A DNA stretch of 64,000 bases from Schmidtea polychroa (lineage: Eukaryota): positions 21,020,001 to 21,084,000 of the forward strand of contig CM097885.1 of the NCBI GenBank assembly GCA_044892525.1, in the 5' to 3' direction. Numbering within the stretch: position 1 is the first letter of the stretch; the number at the start of each line of letters is the position of its first letter. Positions 1-13,300 of the stretch are shown here, one piece after another. Position numbers and translations under genes: made by a program. Under the pieces are notes generated by a model, which saw nothing but the letters and a program-made list of their open reading frames with translations, was not told the origin of the DNA and did no database searches.

Positions 1-1205
1 TGGGGGCACCAGTTTACTTGAAGTCTAACGCCGCATTCACTGCTAGAGTGACAATTCATTAATTTTTGCAAGTTAAAAACTGTGGTATAATGGAAATTAT
101 CACCGTCTTCCAACAAAAGTAAGTATAAGGGTTCACCACCTATAACTTTAGAGCGGTGAATAATATCTAAATATGGATGATGGGGAATATAGTTACTATC
201 ATCGTTTTCTATAGGCTTAGCTGGGTTTTTCCTATATGTCAATACATTAATTGATAAATTTAATTCTTTATTTTTCCTCTCGAATTTGGGGATATCACAT
301 AATTTCATGGGACAATCATTTATTGGGTCAAAATTTAACTCGTCAAGATAATTTTCATAGGAACTAACTCTATTTCTATTTATATGTACTACATTGCGTT
401 TTAACAGTGCTAAAATACTATAGATAAAGCACATATCGTCGGTGTTTTTGACGTTTACTATTGCTTTTTTAGAATTTAAAGCTGATGGGGTGGGGATATA
501 ACTATGTCCAGCTAGCCTATTCATAATCTTATACTTATTTATTATGAAGTCAATTTCTTTGATTTTAACAACCCGCCATCCGCTACCTAAATACGTAAAT
601 TTTTCAATTTTATTATTTAATTTAGTGATTCCATTAATCAAAAAATTTTCTGAAAAAACCTCTGCATTATTAGAGAAAAAATTATCTCTAATTTCCCCAT
701 CTTTCTCAAACTGGATGAGGATGGTGAACTGAATTTTGACTGTGCCCATTCCTTTCCTTTCGGAAATTAATTTATCAACAATCTTATTTGTGAGGGAAAT
801 TTCAACCAAATTATCCTTTTCAACGTCAAATCTTAAATTTTTTCGTGCCCCCTTAAAATCGATTTCAATTTCTGGTTCATCATCAAGATCGACCGAACCA
901 CCTACTTGATAAAACATGGGGTTATCCTTAATTTTAGTAATTTTTGAGGGAACACCAGACCCAATACTAACAGCAAGCCGTTTATTATTATTATTATTAG
1001 TATTTACAGAAGAACTTATCACAGAAGCAGTTATATTCACTGGAGAAGATATAATCACGGGCGAAGTATTTGTAGAGATATTTTTTGTTATAGGTCGCGA
1101 ATTATTATTTACATGTGTATTATTTACAGGTGTTTTACTTTTTATTTTATTAAAAAGTTTCTTTTTATTTATTGTATACTGGTTAAGATGAGTCTTATGG
1201 GTCAT
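1..1205 (-). CDS. Protein-primed DNA polymerase B, N-terminal region (ORF runs off the left edge, so it is absent from the ORF track)
   Basis: Manual translation is open from ATG 1205 to base 1: YLGSGWRVVKIKE...SYIPTPSALNSKKAIVNVKNTDDMCFIYSILALL...CDIPKFERKN...SINV...FHYTTVFNLQKL, matching Polinton pPolB N-terminal motifs. The true start may lie upstream or be spliced. Confidence 0.85.
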   Translation of the reverse strand, partial: MTHKTHLNQYTINKKKLFNKIKSKTPVNNTHVNNNSRPITKNISTNTSPVIISSPVNITASVISSSVNTNNNNNKRLAVSIGSGVPSKITKIKDNPMFYQVGGSVDLDDEPEIEIDFKGARKNLRFDVEKDNLVEISLTNKIVDKLISERKGMGTVKIQFTILIQFEKDGEIRDNFFSNNAEVFSENFLINGITKLNNKIEKFTYLGSGWRVVKIKEIDFIINKYKIMNRLAGHSYIPTPSALNSKKAIVNVKNTDDMCFIYSILALLKRNVVHINRNRVSSYENYLDELNFDPINDCPMKLCDIPKFERKNKELNLSINVLTYRKNPAKPIENDDSNYIPHHPYLDIIHRSKVIGGEPLYLLLLEDGDNFHYTTVFNLQKLMNCHSSSECGVRLQVNWCP

Positions 1206-1739
1206 ATAAAAACACTTATATTTTATATTTTGGGATGTCTCGCATATGGGACAAATATAGTAGTTGATGCCAATCTATGACCGTAGTATTTTTTCATGGT
1301 CTTATGGCATAAATTGGAATGGCCTCTTGAAGATTGGCAATATTTGCGATATAATTTACCTGTTAACGAGAAATTATAAAAGATGGTGAAAAATATTATA
1401 ATCAATTGTTATTAGTTAGTCTATTTTTATCTTTATAAAAAAAAAAAGATTAACTAATAACCATTAAAAATAATAATCTATAATATTCGTTTTTTTTTTT
1501 CAAAGATAGTTGTAAACTACTTTGAACATTAATATAAGAAGAATATTTATTATTATTTATATTATTATTATTAATATTATTATTATTATTATTACTATAG
1601 TAGGTAGATAGTAGCCCGCGGGAAAAATTACCCCCCCCCCCGGGGGGGTTGTTCCCAACTTTTTATTACGCAATTGTTCCCAACTCATTTTTTTGCTTTC
1701 AGGGATTTTTGGTCCAAATTTTTTTTTATCACACTTATT

Positions 1740-2300
1740 TCGATGGTCCTGGGATTTTCAATACAAAAAATTTTTTTCAATACAAAAAGCTGGTCTACAC
1801 TAAAAAAGCCAAGGAATTTTCAGACTATAGTGAGGGGGTCTCGATGGTCCTGGGATTTTCAATACAAAAAATTTTTTTCAATACAAAAATCCGACTACCA
1901 CTAAAAAAGCATAGAATTTTCAGACTATAGTGAGGGGGTCTCGATGGTCCTGGGATTTTCTATACAAAAATCCGACTACCAATAAAAAAGCATGGAATTT
2001 TCAGACTATAGTGAGGGGGTCTCGATATTCCTGGGATTTTCAATACAAAAATCCGACTACCACTAAAAAAGCATGGAATTTTCAGACTATAGTGAGGGGG
2101 TCTCGATGGTCCTAGGATTTTCAATACAAAAAAAATTTTTCAATACAAAAAGCTGGTCTACACTAAAAAAGCATGGTAATTTAAGGTCTCAGGATATTTT
2201 CAATACAAAAATCTGACTACCACTATAAAAGCCAAGGATTTTTTCAGACTATAGTGAGGTGAGTCTCCTTGGTCCTGAGAAATAGGTGGTCTACACTAAA
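1740..2300 (+). repeat. Subterminal tandem array, ~81-100-bp unit (CAGACTATAGTGAGGGGGTCTCGATGGTCCTGGGATTTTCAATACAAAAA...)
   Basis: Units start at 1821, 1921, 2002 and 2083. Mirrored at ~13130-13610; larger versions at ~44685-45755 and ~60230-61240. Confidence 0.9.
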
Positions 2301-2304
2301 AACG

Positions 2305-3010
2305 TGGTAAATTTTTCAATTAAAGTAAATAATGGTCCAAATTTTTAAATTAAAGTAAATTATGGTTCTAAAAATTAAATTACAGTAAATTATGGCTCAA
2401 ATTTTTCAATTAAAGTAAATAATGGTTCTAAAAAAATTAAATTACAGTAAATTATGGCTCAAATTTTTGAAATACAGTAAATTATGGTCAAAATTTTTGA
2501 ATTACAGTAAATAATGGTCCAAAAATTAAATTAAAGTAAATTATGGTTCTAAAAAATTAAATTAAAGTAAATTATGGCTCAAATTTTTCAATTACACTAA
2601 ATAATGGTTCTAAAAATTGAATTTAAGTAAATAATGGTCTAAAAAAAATTAAATGAAAGTTAATTAAGGTCCAAATTTTTAAATTAAAGTAAATAATGGC
2701 TCAAATTTTTCAATTACAGTAAATTATGGTCCTAAAAAATTAAATTACAGTGAATTATGGTTCTAAAAATTAAATTAAAGTAAATAATGGTCCAAATTTT
2801 TAAATTAAAGTAAATTAAGGTTCTAAAAATTAAATTAAAGTAATTATGGTCCAAATTTTTCAATTACAGTAAATAATGGTTCTAAAAAATTAAATTACAG
2901 TAAATTATGGTTCTAAAAATTAAATTAAAGTAAATAATGGTCCAAATTTTTAAATTAAAGTAAATTAAGGTTCTAAAAATTAAATTAAAGTAATTATGGT
3001 CCAAATTTTT
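2305..3010 (+). repeat. ~30-bp tandem array (AAATTTTTCAATTA[A/C]AGTAAAT[A/T]ATGGT[C/T]C)
   Basis: More than 20 degenerate units. Mirrored at ~12340-13125; also at ~45760-46410 and ~59815-60225. Confidence 0.9.
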
Positions 3011-4140
3011 AGGTACTAACAACTAGTTACCTAATACTAAGTACCTACAACCACCTAACAAGTACTAACAACCAAAAACAAGCAACCAAACAGGTACCAG
3101 ATACCACCTACTAAGTACCAACAACCAACTAGTTACCAGATACCTACAACTAGATACTAACAACTAGATACCAAGTACCTACAACCACCAACCCATTAAC
3201 TAGCTACCAAGTACTAACAACCAGGTCTCAAACAACTAAATACTAACAACCAGTTACCAACTACTAAGCATTAATTACCTACAACTAGTTACTAACAACT
3301 AGATACCAAGTACTTACAACCAACATCAACCAAGTACTAAGCATCATCAACTAACTACTAAGTACCTACAACCTACAACTAGATACTAACAACCAGTTAC
3401 CTGCTACCAAGTACCTACAACTGGTACTAACAACCAACCAACTAGGTACTAGATACCAACTACTTACAACCAACATCAACCAGGTACTAAGCATTATCAA
3501 CCAACTAAATACTAAGTACTAACAACCAACCGACTAGGTACTAGATACCAAGTACTCACAACCTACAACAACCAGGTACTAAGCATTAATTACCAACTAC
3601 TAAGTACCTACAACCTACAACTAGATACTAACAACCAGTTACCTGATACCAAATACTTACAACTAGATACCAAGTACTATCAACCAAAAACCACCAACCA
3701 ACTAGGTACTAGATACCAAGTACTCACAACCGACAACAACCAGTTACTAAGCATTATTAACCAACTACTAAGTACCTACAACCAACTAGCTACCATCTAC
3801 CATGTACTAACAACCGACAACAACCAGGTACTAAGCATTAATTACCTACAACTGGTACTAACAACCAACCAACTAGGTACTAGATACCAAGTACTCACAA
3901 GCGACAACAACCAAGTACTAAGCATTATTAACCAACTACTAAGTACCTACAACCAACTAACAACCACCTACCAAGTACTAACAACCAGTTACCAACTACT
4001 AAGCACCTACAACCACCTACAAAGTACATACAACCAACATCAACCAGGTACTAAGCATTATCAACCAAGTACTAACAACCAAGTAACTTACCTAGTACTA
4101 AGCACTGTCAACTAGATACCAAACACTTACAACCAGATGA
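3011..4140 (+). repeat. Strand-biased modular repeat (A/C-rich on +), built from words such as CAACTAGATAC, CAAGTACT, AACAACC, ACTAAGC
   Basis: Visible directly. Mirrored at ~10695-12060; also at ~46750-48355 and ~58320-59470. Confidence 0.85.
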
Positions 4141-4478
4141 CCACATGAAATTATTGGTTAAATATGAAAATAAGGGTTATATTTAGTTGTTAAGTAAATT
4201 ATGGTGTAAAATTAAGTAATAAAGCATAAATAGGTAAATTAAGGATAAGTAAATTAAAGTTAAAAAATTAAATTAAAGTTAATTAAGGTCCAAATTTTAA
4301 AAATAAGTAATCAATGTTCTAAAAAATTAAATTAAAGTTAAATAAGTAAATTAAAGTAATAATTTTTAAATAAGTAATGTAATATGAAAATTAAAGTAAG
4401 ATTTTTAAATTTATTATCAAAAGATTGAATAACCACCAACTTTTTTGAGAAATGTAATTTTTAATGAAAATTTAAATG

Positions 4479-4534
<56 letters not shown>

Positions 4535-5934
4535 TTAATAATAATTATAATAATAATTAAACAGTTACCAACAATCGGTTACTGATTATTTTTAACTAGG
4601 TGCTAACAAATACTTTCAACATGATACCACGTACTAACTAACTCTCAAACAACCACATACTTACAACTAACTACTTACAATCAACTAAATATTCTTCATT
4701 GTATTTTATGAAATGATTTTTAAATTAATTTTTTATCTATCTTCAAAAATATATTTAATTACAATCAGTAGAAAAACCTTTTCAAATTTAACAAAAAATG
4801 TTGATTTTCATCAAAAAACCACAACTCAACCACTTTAAAACACCACGTGAAATTCAAAATAATTACAATGAAAGACTAATGAATTCTAATTCACAAAACA
4901 TTCTTCTTTTAATTGATAACTTATTATTGCAATGTAAAAATCGCATTCAATAAATACTTATTGTTGATCAGTTTTATTATATATACTCTGAGTTTATCCG
5001 ACAGGATGTTTTGACCCCCTAAGGGTACTGGTCGTAAGGGTACTGGTCGTAAGGGTATTGGTAACACTCAACCCCCCACCTACTCATTAATTAGTTACCA
5101 TGTACTAACAACTAGGTTTCAAACAACTAAATACTAAACACTAACAACCAACAACAACCAGGTACTAAGCATTATCAACCTACAACTATATAACAACAAT
5201 CAGTATACAACACTGTACCAACTACCAAATACAAGAAACCAACAACTTAGTACCAACAATCAACTAACAACACATAAAAATAATAGCAATTAAATAAAAA
5301 AATTATTCTTCATCGCATACACTATTTTCTTATCAAAATCTAAAAAGTCAACCAACTACTTACAACCAACAACTATGTACTAACAAATTGATCTTTAAAA
5401 GCAAATACTCATCACTTGAAAAAAATTAGATGAAAAATTAATTGAACTCAAGGCACTTTTAAGATATTTGAACTCAAGGCATCAATAACTTGGTAAAAAT
5501 TGATTAAATTATTGTAAAAATTTAAATTATTCAAAATATACTAAATTAAAAAAATATAATTAATGGACAAGAAAGAACTTTAAATTCTAGTCATTGATCA
5601 TTCAAGTTAATATGAATCAACTAAGATAATAAATTAATAAGAATTTTGAAATAAGATCTAGTAGATAATTGATTTAGATTGAATAAATTAATTTAAATAA
5701 AATTAAATTTAATTATTTTTGTAAAAGTAATACATGTACTCAAATTGATTGACTGATTTCTCAATATATTCAAAAAAATCAGTATAAATTCATTACAATT
5801 ATCAAAGTCAGCAATCTACAATAAAAATAATTATCATTAAATTCCAAAAGAGACTAGATAACTAATGATAACATCTAACAAACCAGTAAATTCATTTAAA
5901 TGACAATAATTGGTATATCCAAGTGAATTCTCCA

Positions 5935-6430
5935 ATAAAATCATCTAAAAAGAATCATTTTCCCCTAAATATATCAATATTTAAAGATTGGTATTTTAAT
6001 GATAAGTACTTGTTAAAGATCATATATTCACCTCAAACTAACAAGATTCCTTAAAATCCCCTTAAATGACTACATTTCTATCCTTAATTCATATTATTAC
6101 AAATATCATCTAAAAAGCATCAAATTTCATTGAAATAACACTATCTTTAAAGATTGATATTTTAATGATAAGTACCCTTAAAAGACTATATATTCACCTC
6201 AAACTAACAAGATTCCTTAAAATCTCTTAAATGACTATATTTCTACCCTTAATCCATATTATTACAAATATTTCACTAAAATCATCTAAAAAGCATCAAA
6301 TTTCCCTGAAATAACTATCTTTAAAGATTAGTATTTTATCGATAAATATCCTTAAAAGGTTATATATTTACCTCAGACTAATAAGATTGCTTAAAATCCC
6401 CTTTAAATGACTTTAATTCCTATTATCATG
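5935..6430 (+). repeat. ~170-bp tandem repeat x3 within the palindrome arm
   Basis: ATCATCTAAAAAG recurs at ~5940, ~6105 and ~6281; mirrored at ~8410-8895. Confidence 0.75.
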
Positions 6431-7539
6431 AATATTTCCCTATAAAACATGTAAAATAATTTGGTCATTAACCCTAGATAATTGATAAAATCTAATGATA
6501 AAACCGGTTATAATTAACTTTTTGTTAATCACTGTACTCGAAATTTAAAATAAATATAACTGACTAGGTCCCATTAAAAGATTAAATTTATCCATTCAAT
6601 AAAATATATTTCTTCAAATGATCATTTTACCGATATTCAACCGATTTAATTACTAATTAAAATCAATCGATAGATTTCTTTCAATAAAGATCAATTTTAT
6701 TTAGTCGATGTTTTAAGTCCATATTTCTAAACTTTTATCATTTTTGTAAATTTCTATTATTTTTGTGGATTTCTAACATTTTTGCAAATTTGATGTTTAT
6801 TGAATGAATATTTAATAATTTAATGCTAATTCTAAGATAAATTTAATTAATTTCTTGATAATTGGATGTATTTTTATTGACTTGTTTTTTTTAATTTTAA
6901 ATAAAAATTATTTTCAATGAGGTTAATAATTAGAGATTTTACAATAATGAAGTGATATGATAAATTTTTATGAGGATATTGAATAATTTTCTAAGAATTT
7001 CATGTTGACTGATAAATTTAATTGATAAATTTAATTAATTTCTTGATAATTAGTTGTATTTTATTGAATAGTTTCTAAATAAAAATTAATTTCATTGACA
7101 ATTAGGTTAATAATTAAGTGATTTTTGATGATAACTTTGTAATGTATTTGACTAAATAATTTTTTCAATAATTTACTCATTGATGAACTTTAAAAAACAT
7201 AAGCTAAGAAACCAGTTAACTTTAAATTTACATGAAAATGATTGTAGGATATACAGAAATTTAGTTTGCTTGAAAATGATTGGTTGAATCGATGAAGAAT
7301 TATGATCAAACAATATATATCATCTCCAGTATTTGATGGTAAATATTTGTAGAAAATATTGATTTTTGATCTTTTAGTGGGCTCTTATTATTTAGCTTCT
7401 AAATTATTTCAATGGAAGAATATTTGGTGTCTATAACAATTCATTTGTTTTTTTGAAGAATTCTTTAAGGATTTTAAGAGGATTGACTGAATTAAAGGAG
7501 GATTCAAGTGGGTAGAATTGAAGGATATATTTGGTTAGA

Positions 7540-7860
7540 TGTTTAAAGAGGTAGAAATATTTAATGAGAGATCGATTAAGATGGGAAAATATGATCTTTT
7601 AAGGGAGATATAGTCGGTTAGATTTAATGAAGGATGGGTTAAGATGGAAATAGATCATTGTAAGGGAGATATAGTCGATTGACTTTAATAAGAAATCGAT
7701 TAAGATGGGAATATATGATCTTTTGAGGGGATATAGTCGGTTAGATTTAATGAGAGATCAGATAAGGTGGGAATATATTATTGTAAGGGAGATATAGTCG
7801 GTTGCTTTTAATGAGGGAAGGGTTTCGATGGGAATATATGATTTTTTAAGGGTGATGTTG
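7540..7860 (+). repeat. ~60-bp purine-rich tandem repeat (TTTAATGAGAGATCG...GGGAATATATGATC...GATATAGTCGG)
   Basis: About 5 degenerate units; homologues at ~50950-51230 (-) and ~55030-55320 (+). Confidence 0.75.
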
Positions 7861-8090
7861 GTAAAATATCAATGTTTTTTAAGGAAATTGCAATACATTA
7901 GTCAGTTATGAATCAATAATAATTATATCGTTTTATTAGGTTGTGATTAATCCATTGTATATTAATTTAGATTTATGGATTATTAAGTAGGGATAATGAG
8001 CGATTTACTTGGTTTTGACAATGAAAACTTTACAGATAATTGGGATTGATATCAACTTTAAATTATTTTTATCTTTATTTAGACGGAGAA

Positions 8091-10296
8091 TGACAAAAGT
8101 TTAGAAATATGGACTTAAAACATCGATTAAATAAAATTGATCTTTATTGAAAGAAATCTATCGATTGATTTTAATTAGTAATTAAATCGGTTGAATATCG
8201 GTAAAATGATCATTTGAAGAAATATATTTTATTGAATGGATAAATTTAATCTTTTAATGGGACCTAGTCAGTTATATTTATTTTAAATTTCGAGTACAGT
8301 GATTAACAAAAAGTTAATTATAACCGGTTTTATCATTAGATTTTATCAATTATTTAGGGTTAATGACCAAATTATTTTACATGTTTTATAGGGAAATATT
8401 CATGATAATAGGAATTAAAGTCATTTAAAGGGGATTTTAAGCAATCTTATTAGTCTGAGGTAAATATATAACCTTTTAAGGATATTTATCGATAAAATAC
8501 TAATCTTTAAAGATAGTTATTTCAGGGAAATTTGATGCTTTTTAGATGATTTTAGTGAAATATTTGTAATAATATGGATTAAGGGTAGAAATATAGTCAT
8601 TTAAGAGATTTTAAGGAATCTTGTTAGTTTGAGGTGAATATATAGTCTTTTAAGGGTACTTATCATTAAAATATCAATCTTTAAAGATAGTGTTATTTCA
8701 ATGAAATTTGATGCTTTTTAGATGATATTTGTAATAATATGAATTAAGGATAGAAATGTAGTCATTTAAGGGGATTTTAAGGAATCTTGTTAGTTTGAGG
8801 TGAATATATGATCTTTAACAAGTACTTATCATTAAAATACCAATCTTTAAATATTGATATATTTAGGGGAAAATGATTCTTTTTAGATGATTTTATTGGA
8901 GAATTCACTTGGATATACCAATTATTGTCATTTAAATGAATTTACTGGTTTGTTAGATGTTATCATTAGTTATCTAGTCTCTTTTGGAATTTAATGATAA
9001 TTATTTTTATTGTAGATTGCTGACTTTGATAATTGTAATGAATTTATACTGATTTTTTTGAATATATTGAGAAATCAGTCAATCAATTTGAGTACATGTA
9101 TTACTTTTACAAAAATAATTAAATTTAATTTTATTTAAATTAATTTATTCAATCTAAATCAATTATCTACTAGATCTTATTTCAAAATTCTTATTAATTT
9201 ATTATCTTAGTTGATTCATATTAACTTGAATGATCAATGACTAGAATTTAAAGTTCTTTCTTGTCCATTAATTATATTTTTTTAATTTAGTATATTTTGA
9301 ATAATTTAAATTTTTACAATAATTTAATCAATTTTTACCAAGTTATTGATGCCTTGAGTTCAAATATCTTAAAAGTGCCTTGAGTTCAATTAATTTTTCA
9401 TCTAATTTTTTTCAAGTGATGAGTATTTGCTTTTAAAGATCAATTTGTTAGTACATAGTTGTTGGTTGTAAGTAGTTGGTTGACTTTTTAGATTTTGATA
9501 AGAAAATAGTGTATGCGATGAAGAATAATTTTTTTATTTAATTGCTATTATTTTTATGTGTTGTTAGTTGATTGTTGGTACTAAGTTGTTGGTTTCTTGT
9601 ATTTGGTAGTTGGTACAGTGTTGTATACTGATTGTTGTTATATAGTTGTAGGTTGATAATGCTTAGTACCTGGTTGTTGTTGGTTGTTAGTGTTTAGTAT
9701 TTAGTTGTTTGAAACCTAGTTGTTAGTACATGGTAACTAATTAATGAGTAGGTGGGGGGTTGAGTGTTACCAATACCCTTACGACCAGTACCCTTACGAC
9801 CAGTACCCTTAGGGGGTCAAAACATCCTGTCGGATAAACTCAGAGTATATATAATAAAACTGATCAACAATAAGTATTTATTGAATGCGATTTTTACATT
9901 GCAATAATAAGTTATCAATTAAAAGAAGAATGTTTTGTGAATTAGAATTCATTAGTCTTTCATTGTAATTATTTTGAATTTCACGTGGTGTTTTAAAGTG
10001 GTTGAGTTGTGGTTTTTTGATGAAAATCAACATTTTTTGTTAAATTTGAAAAGGTTTTTCTACTGATTGTAATTAAATATATTTTTGAAGATAGATAAAA
10101 AATTAATTTAAAAATCATTTCATAAAATACAATGAAGAATATTTAGTTGATTGTAAGTAGTTAGTTGTAAGTATGTGGTTGTTTGAGAGTTAGTTAGTAC
10201 GTGGTATCATGTTGAAAGTATTTGTTAGCACCTAGTTAAAAATAATCAGTAACCGATTGTTGGTAACTGTTTAATTATTATTATAATTATTATTAA

Positions 10297-10355
<59 letters not shown>

Positions 10356-13300
10356 CATTTAAATTTTCATTAAAAATTACATTTCTCAAAAAAGTTGGTG
10401 GTTATTCAATCTTTTGATAATAAATTTAAAAATCTTACTTTAATTTTCATATTACATTACTTATTTAAAAATTATTACTTTAATTTACTTATTTAACTTT
10501 AATTTAATTTTTTAGAACATTGATTACTTATTTTTAAAATTTGGACCTTAATTAACTTTAATTTAATTTTTTAACTTTAATTTACTTATCCTTAATTTAC
10601 CTATTTATGCTTTATTACTTAATTTTACACCATAATTTACTTAACAACTAAATATAACCCTTATTTTCATATTTAACCAATAATTTCATGTGGTCATCTG
10701 GTTGTAAGTGTTTGGTATCTAGTTGACAGTGCTTAGTACTAGGTAAGTTACTTGGTTGTTAGTACTTGGTTGATAATGCTTAGTACCTGGTTGATGTTGG
10801 TTGTATGTACTTTGTAGGTGGTTGTAGGTGCTTAGTAGTTGGTAACTGGTTGTTAGTACTTGGTAGGTGGTTGTTAGTTGGTTGTAGGTACTTAGTAGTT
10901 GGTTAATAATGCTTAGTACTTGGTTGTTGTCGCTTGTGAGTACTTGGTATCTAGTACCTAGTTGGTTGGTTGTTAGTACCAGTTGTAGGTAATTAATGCT
11001 TAGTACCTGGTTGTTGTCGGTTGTTAGTACATGGTAGATGGTAGCTAGTTGGTTGTAGGTACTTAGTAGTTGGTTAATAATGCTTAGTAACTGGTTGTTG
11101 TCGGTTGTGAGTACTTGGTATCTAGTACCTAGTTGGTTGGTGGTTTTTGGTTGATAGTACTTGGTATCTAGTTGTAAGTATTTGGTATCAGGTAACTGGT
11201 TGTTAGTATCTAGTTGTAGGTTGTAGGTACTTAGTAGTTGGTAATTAATGCTTAGTACCTGGTTGTTGTAGGTTGTGAGTACTTGGTATCTAGTACCTAG
11301 TCGGTTGGTTGTTAGTACTTAGTATTTAGTTGGTTGATAATGCTTAGTACCTGGTTGATGCTGGTTGTAAGTAGTTGGTATCTAGTACCTAGTTGGTTGG
11401 TTGTTAGTACCAGTTGTAGGTACTTGGTAGCAGGTAACTGGTTGTTAGTATCTAGTTGTAGGTTGTAGGTACTTAGTAGTTAGTTGATGATGCTTAGTAC
11501 TTGGTTGATGTTGGTTGTAAGTACTTGGTATCTAGTTGTTAGTAACTAGTTGTAGGTAATTAATGCTTAGTAGTTGGTAACTGGTTGTTAGTATTTAGTT
11601 GTTTGAGACCTGGTTGTTAGTACTTGGTAGCTAGTTAATGGGTTGGTGGTTGTAGGTACTTGGTATCTAGTTGTTAGTATCTAGTTGTAGGTATCTGGTA
11701 ACTAGTTGGTTGTTGGTACTTAGTAGGTGGTATCTGGTACCTGTTTGGTTGCTTGTTTTTGGTTGTTAGTACTTGTTAGGTGGTTGTAGGTACTTAGTAT
11801 CAGGTAACTAGTTGTTAGTACCTAGTTGTAGATACTTGGTATCTGGTAATTTGTTGTAGGTACTTGGTTGTTTTTGGTTGTTAGTACTTAGTAGTTGGTT
11901 GTAGGTACTTGGTAGGTGGTAGTTAGTTGTTAGCTAATTGTTGTGGGTTGTTAGTACTTGGTATCAGGTAACTGGTTGTTAGTAACTAGTTGTAGGTATC
12001 TGGTTGTAACTACATGTTCGTAAGTTACTGGTTGTTGGTACTAAGTTGTTGGTTTGTTGTTGAATTATTATTAAAATTTGTCTTTGAAAAATTATTTCAT
12101 AAAAATTTCCATTAAAAATTACCATTAAAAAATATTTCATAAAAATTTCAATTAAAAATTAACTTAAAAAATTATTTCATAAAAATTTTAATTAAAAAAT
12201 TTCAATTCTCAAACACCTATTATTTCAACTTTTTGTTAATAAATTTAAAAATCTTACTTTAATTTACTTATTACATTACTTATTTAAAAATTATTACTAT
12301 AATTTACTTATTTAAAATTTTTTACCATTGATTACTTAATTTAAAAATTTGGACCTTAATTAACTTTAATTTAATTTTTTAGAACCTTAATTTACTTTAA
12401 TTTAAAAATTTGGACCATTATTTACTGTAATTTAATTTTTAGAACCTTAATTTACTTTAATTGAAAAATTTGGACCATTATTTACTTTAATTGAAAAATT
12501 TGAACCATAATTTACTTATTTAGACCATAATTTACTTTAATTTAATTTTTTAGAACCATTATTTACTGTAATTGAAAAATTTGGACCATAATTACTTTAA
12601 TTTAATTTTTAGAACCTTAATTTACTTTAATTTAAAAATTTGGACCATTATTTACTTTAATTTAATTTTTAGAACCATAATTTACTGTAATTTAATTTTT
12701 TAGGACCATAATTTACTGTAATTGAAAAATTTGAGCCATTATTTACTTTAATTTAAAAATTTGGACCTTAATTAACTTTCATTTAATTTTTTTTAGACCA
12801 TTATTTACTTAAATTCAATTTTTAGAACCATTATTTAGTGTAATTGAAAAATTTGAGCCATAATTTACTTTAATTTAATTTTTTAGAACCATAATTTACT
12901 TTAATTTAATTTTTGGACCATTATTTACTGTAATTCAAAAATTTTGACCATAATTTACTGTAATTCAAAAATTTGAGCCATAATTTACTGTAATTTAATT
13001 TTTTAGAACCATTATTTACTTTAATTGAAAAATTTGAGCCATAATTTACTGTAATTTAATTTTTAGAACCATAATTTACTTAAATTTAAAAATTTGGACC
13101 ATTATTTACTTTAATTGAAAAATTTACCACGTTTTTAGTGTAGACCACCTATTTCTCAGGACCAAGGAGACTCACCTCACTATAGTCTGAAAAAATCCTT
13201 GGCTTTTTTAGTGGTAGTCAGATTTTTGTATTGAAAATATCCTGAGACCTTAAATTACCATGCTTTTTTAGTGTAGACCAGCTTTTTGTATTGAAAAATT

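Larger units (their letters stand above)
1599..6740 (+). repeat. Left arm of the element A inverted repeat
   Basis: Near-perfect reverse complement of 8091..13739. It lacks the counterpart of ~11824-12574 and has a few extra repeat units. Confidence 0.9.

Noticed and set aside
1649..2115. Short ORFs in the terminal arrays (also 13319-13504, 45069-45392, 60164-60439)
   Set aside because: They are translations of an 81-bp (multiple of 3) repeat with no protein-like features.
1740..2300. CRISPR-like array or T7 promoter (CTATAGTGAG) in the 81-bp repeats
   Set aside because: The units are tandem repeats with no unique spacers, there are no cas genes, and the context is eukaryotic. The T7 match is only 10 bp and lacks TCGTATTA.
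10695..12060. Telomeric repeat or telomere-like tract (GGTTGTTAG-rich)
   Set aside because: There is no regular TTAGGG or TTAGG period; it is an internal mirrored module of the palindrome.
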